In this document: piece by piece, positions 62,817 to 64,000 of the stretch | How the letters are laid out: each line of letters starts with the position of its first letter | Numbering within the stretch: the stretch's first letter is position 1 | Assembly (NCBI GenBank): GCA_002010215.1 | Contig: MTMY01000021.1 | Coordinates: 1-64,000 of the forward strand | Direction of reading: 5' to 3' | Source: Archaeoglobus sp. JdFR-37 | Lineage (GTDB): Archaea > Halobacteriota > Archaeoglobi > Archaeoglobales > Archaeoglobaceae | Length of the DNA stretch: 64,000 bases | The notes under the pieces: generated by a model | What the model was told of the DNA's origin: nothing | The model's database searches: none | The model's input: only the letters and a program-made list of their open reading frames with translations | Position numbers and translations under genes: made by a program

Positions 62817-63094
62817 TCTACCACCTTCGGTCCCTTGAAGTAGCCGTTTTCCACATGCTTTGCGTTCATCATGGCCTCCTCTCTGCTCAAACATTCGCCT
62901 GGAGCATCTTCTCTGAATACATTTCTGAGCTGGATAACAGTGAAGGTGGGCTCAATTTCCTCCTCAACCTCATCCAGAATATCGAAATAATCCAGTATGC
63001 TCTGGAACTCGTCTTTAAACTTCTCCACTTCCTCATCAGAAAGCTGTATTTTGGCAAGATTTGCTATGTGGAGGACATCATCCCTAGTTATCAT
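62813..63094 (-). CDS. gatC: Glu/Asp-tRNA amidotransferase subunit C
   Basis: HIANLAKI...NVFRED...GYFKGP; overlaps the gatA start. Confidence 0.93.
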   Translation of the reverse strand: MITRDDVLHIANLAKIQLSDEEVEKFKDEFQSILDYFDILDEVEEEIEPTFTVIQLRNVFREDAPGECLSREEAMMNAKHVENGYFKGPKVVE

Positions 63095-63370
63095 ACGTCA
63101 GCAAAAGGTAGCGGGCTAATTAAATAACTTTCTGATGATGTTTAGATGACTTTTCTGGATGTTTTTGATGTTCGCCTCCAATTGACGACTCTTCTAAAAT
63201 TGATAAGTCCGAAGAGTTCAGAAATCATTTTTCCTTTCTTTTGTAAAAATTACCAATAGCACCTTGATCGTGCAAAGGAATCCAGACAGGGCGTATTATT
63301 GATTCTCTGAAAGGAGTAAAGTTTAAGCTAGAAACTTTTTGAAATTTTTGGTTCATATCCATAAATGAAT

Positions 63371-64000
63371 CTAATCAGATGGAATGTTGTTAGGTAAAGT
63401 TGAATTTAGAAGCTTTTTAGCAATAACGATCTCTCCCGGTAGCCCGAATAATTTTACTTCTTCTTTGTACTTTATTTCGAACCCGGCTCCTCTTATCGAT
63501 TGCTCAACATAAATCGGTCTGCAGTCAATATACTGGGGAAACTTTTCGTGGAGCCTCTCATACAGCCTCAATAAGAGCGAATCTCCATCTTCCTTTGACA
63601 TGCTGACAACCCCAAGCCTTCCGCCAGGCTTTAGAACCCTTTTAATCTCATCCAGAACTTTCGGAATTTCAGGTGTGTCAAAGAGCTCCAGAGTGAAGCT
63701 CATGAAAACGGCATCAAATTTGTTATCTTCATACGGCAGTTCCAGAGCATCACCACAATATAGCTCGACTCTATCCAAAAGCCCGGCTTTTTGGAGTCTC
63801 CTTTTGCTGACCTCCTGCATCCTGGAAGAGATGTCAATGCCGTAGACCTTTCCCTCCTCACCCACCAGCTCAGCCATTTTCTTTAAGCAGTGCCCTGTTC
63901 CAAAGCCAAGCTCTAAGACAATTTCTCCTTTTTTAATGTTCAACAACGTCAACGCCCTATTTCTATACTTCTTCTCAAAGATTCCGGCAAAATAATCGTA
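63371..64000 (-). CDS. Class I SAM-dependent methyltransferase (5' end outside the window)
   Basis: VLELGFGTG, GDA..LPY.DN.FD and RVLKPGG motifs; frame open to 64000. Confidence 0.9.
   Translation of the reverse strand, partial: YDYFAGIFEKKYRNRALTLLNIKKGEIVLELGFGTGHCLKKMAELVGEEGKVYGIDISSRMQEVSKRRLQKAGLLDRVELYCGDALELPYEDNKFDAVFMSFTLELFDTPEIPKVLDEIKRVLKPGGRLGVVSMSKEDGDSLLLRLYERLHEKFPQYIDCRPIYVEQSIRGAGFEIKYKEEVKLFGLPGEIVIAKKLLNSTLPNNIPSD

Overview
This is a gene-dense archaeal chromosome segment. Gene content, GGTGA-type RBSs, a compact RNase P RNA and the H/ACA RNA style suggest Archaeoglobales (inference). Most of it is housekeeping: mat, rtcA, truA, lysC, trpB2, pncB, hisF, udg, cdr, RaSEA, purE-purC-carA-carB-larB-purP, sua5, hom, ilvE, hemD and gatCA. 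Non-coding RNAs read directly from the sequence are tRNA-Ser(UGA), RNase P RNA, a three-hairpin H/ACA guide RNA and a single-hairpin H/ACA guide RNA. A decaying accessory island (about 0.8-6.2 kb) sits next to the tRNA and holds VapBC, a broken HicB, ArsR-DsrE(pseudo)-SQR, MNT-HEPN with an amber stop, and an HsdR fragment. An internally deleted IS200/IS605 tnpB element and two ~52-bp dispersed elements share TTTAT...hairpin...TTCAC ends. The best candidate for an uncharacterised system is a DUF2193-DUF2180-aquaporin operon with a divergent HTH-10 regulator and three palindromic operators. Other oddities are a His-less, kinase-less extracellular sensor coupled to a PAS kinase, a RaSEA gene with no canonical in-frame start, a stand-alone CARF-like regulator, and a secreted coiled-coil/lipoprotein pair. 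No CRISPR array or integrase was seen. All family calls come from motif recognition, not database searches.
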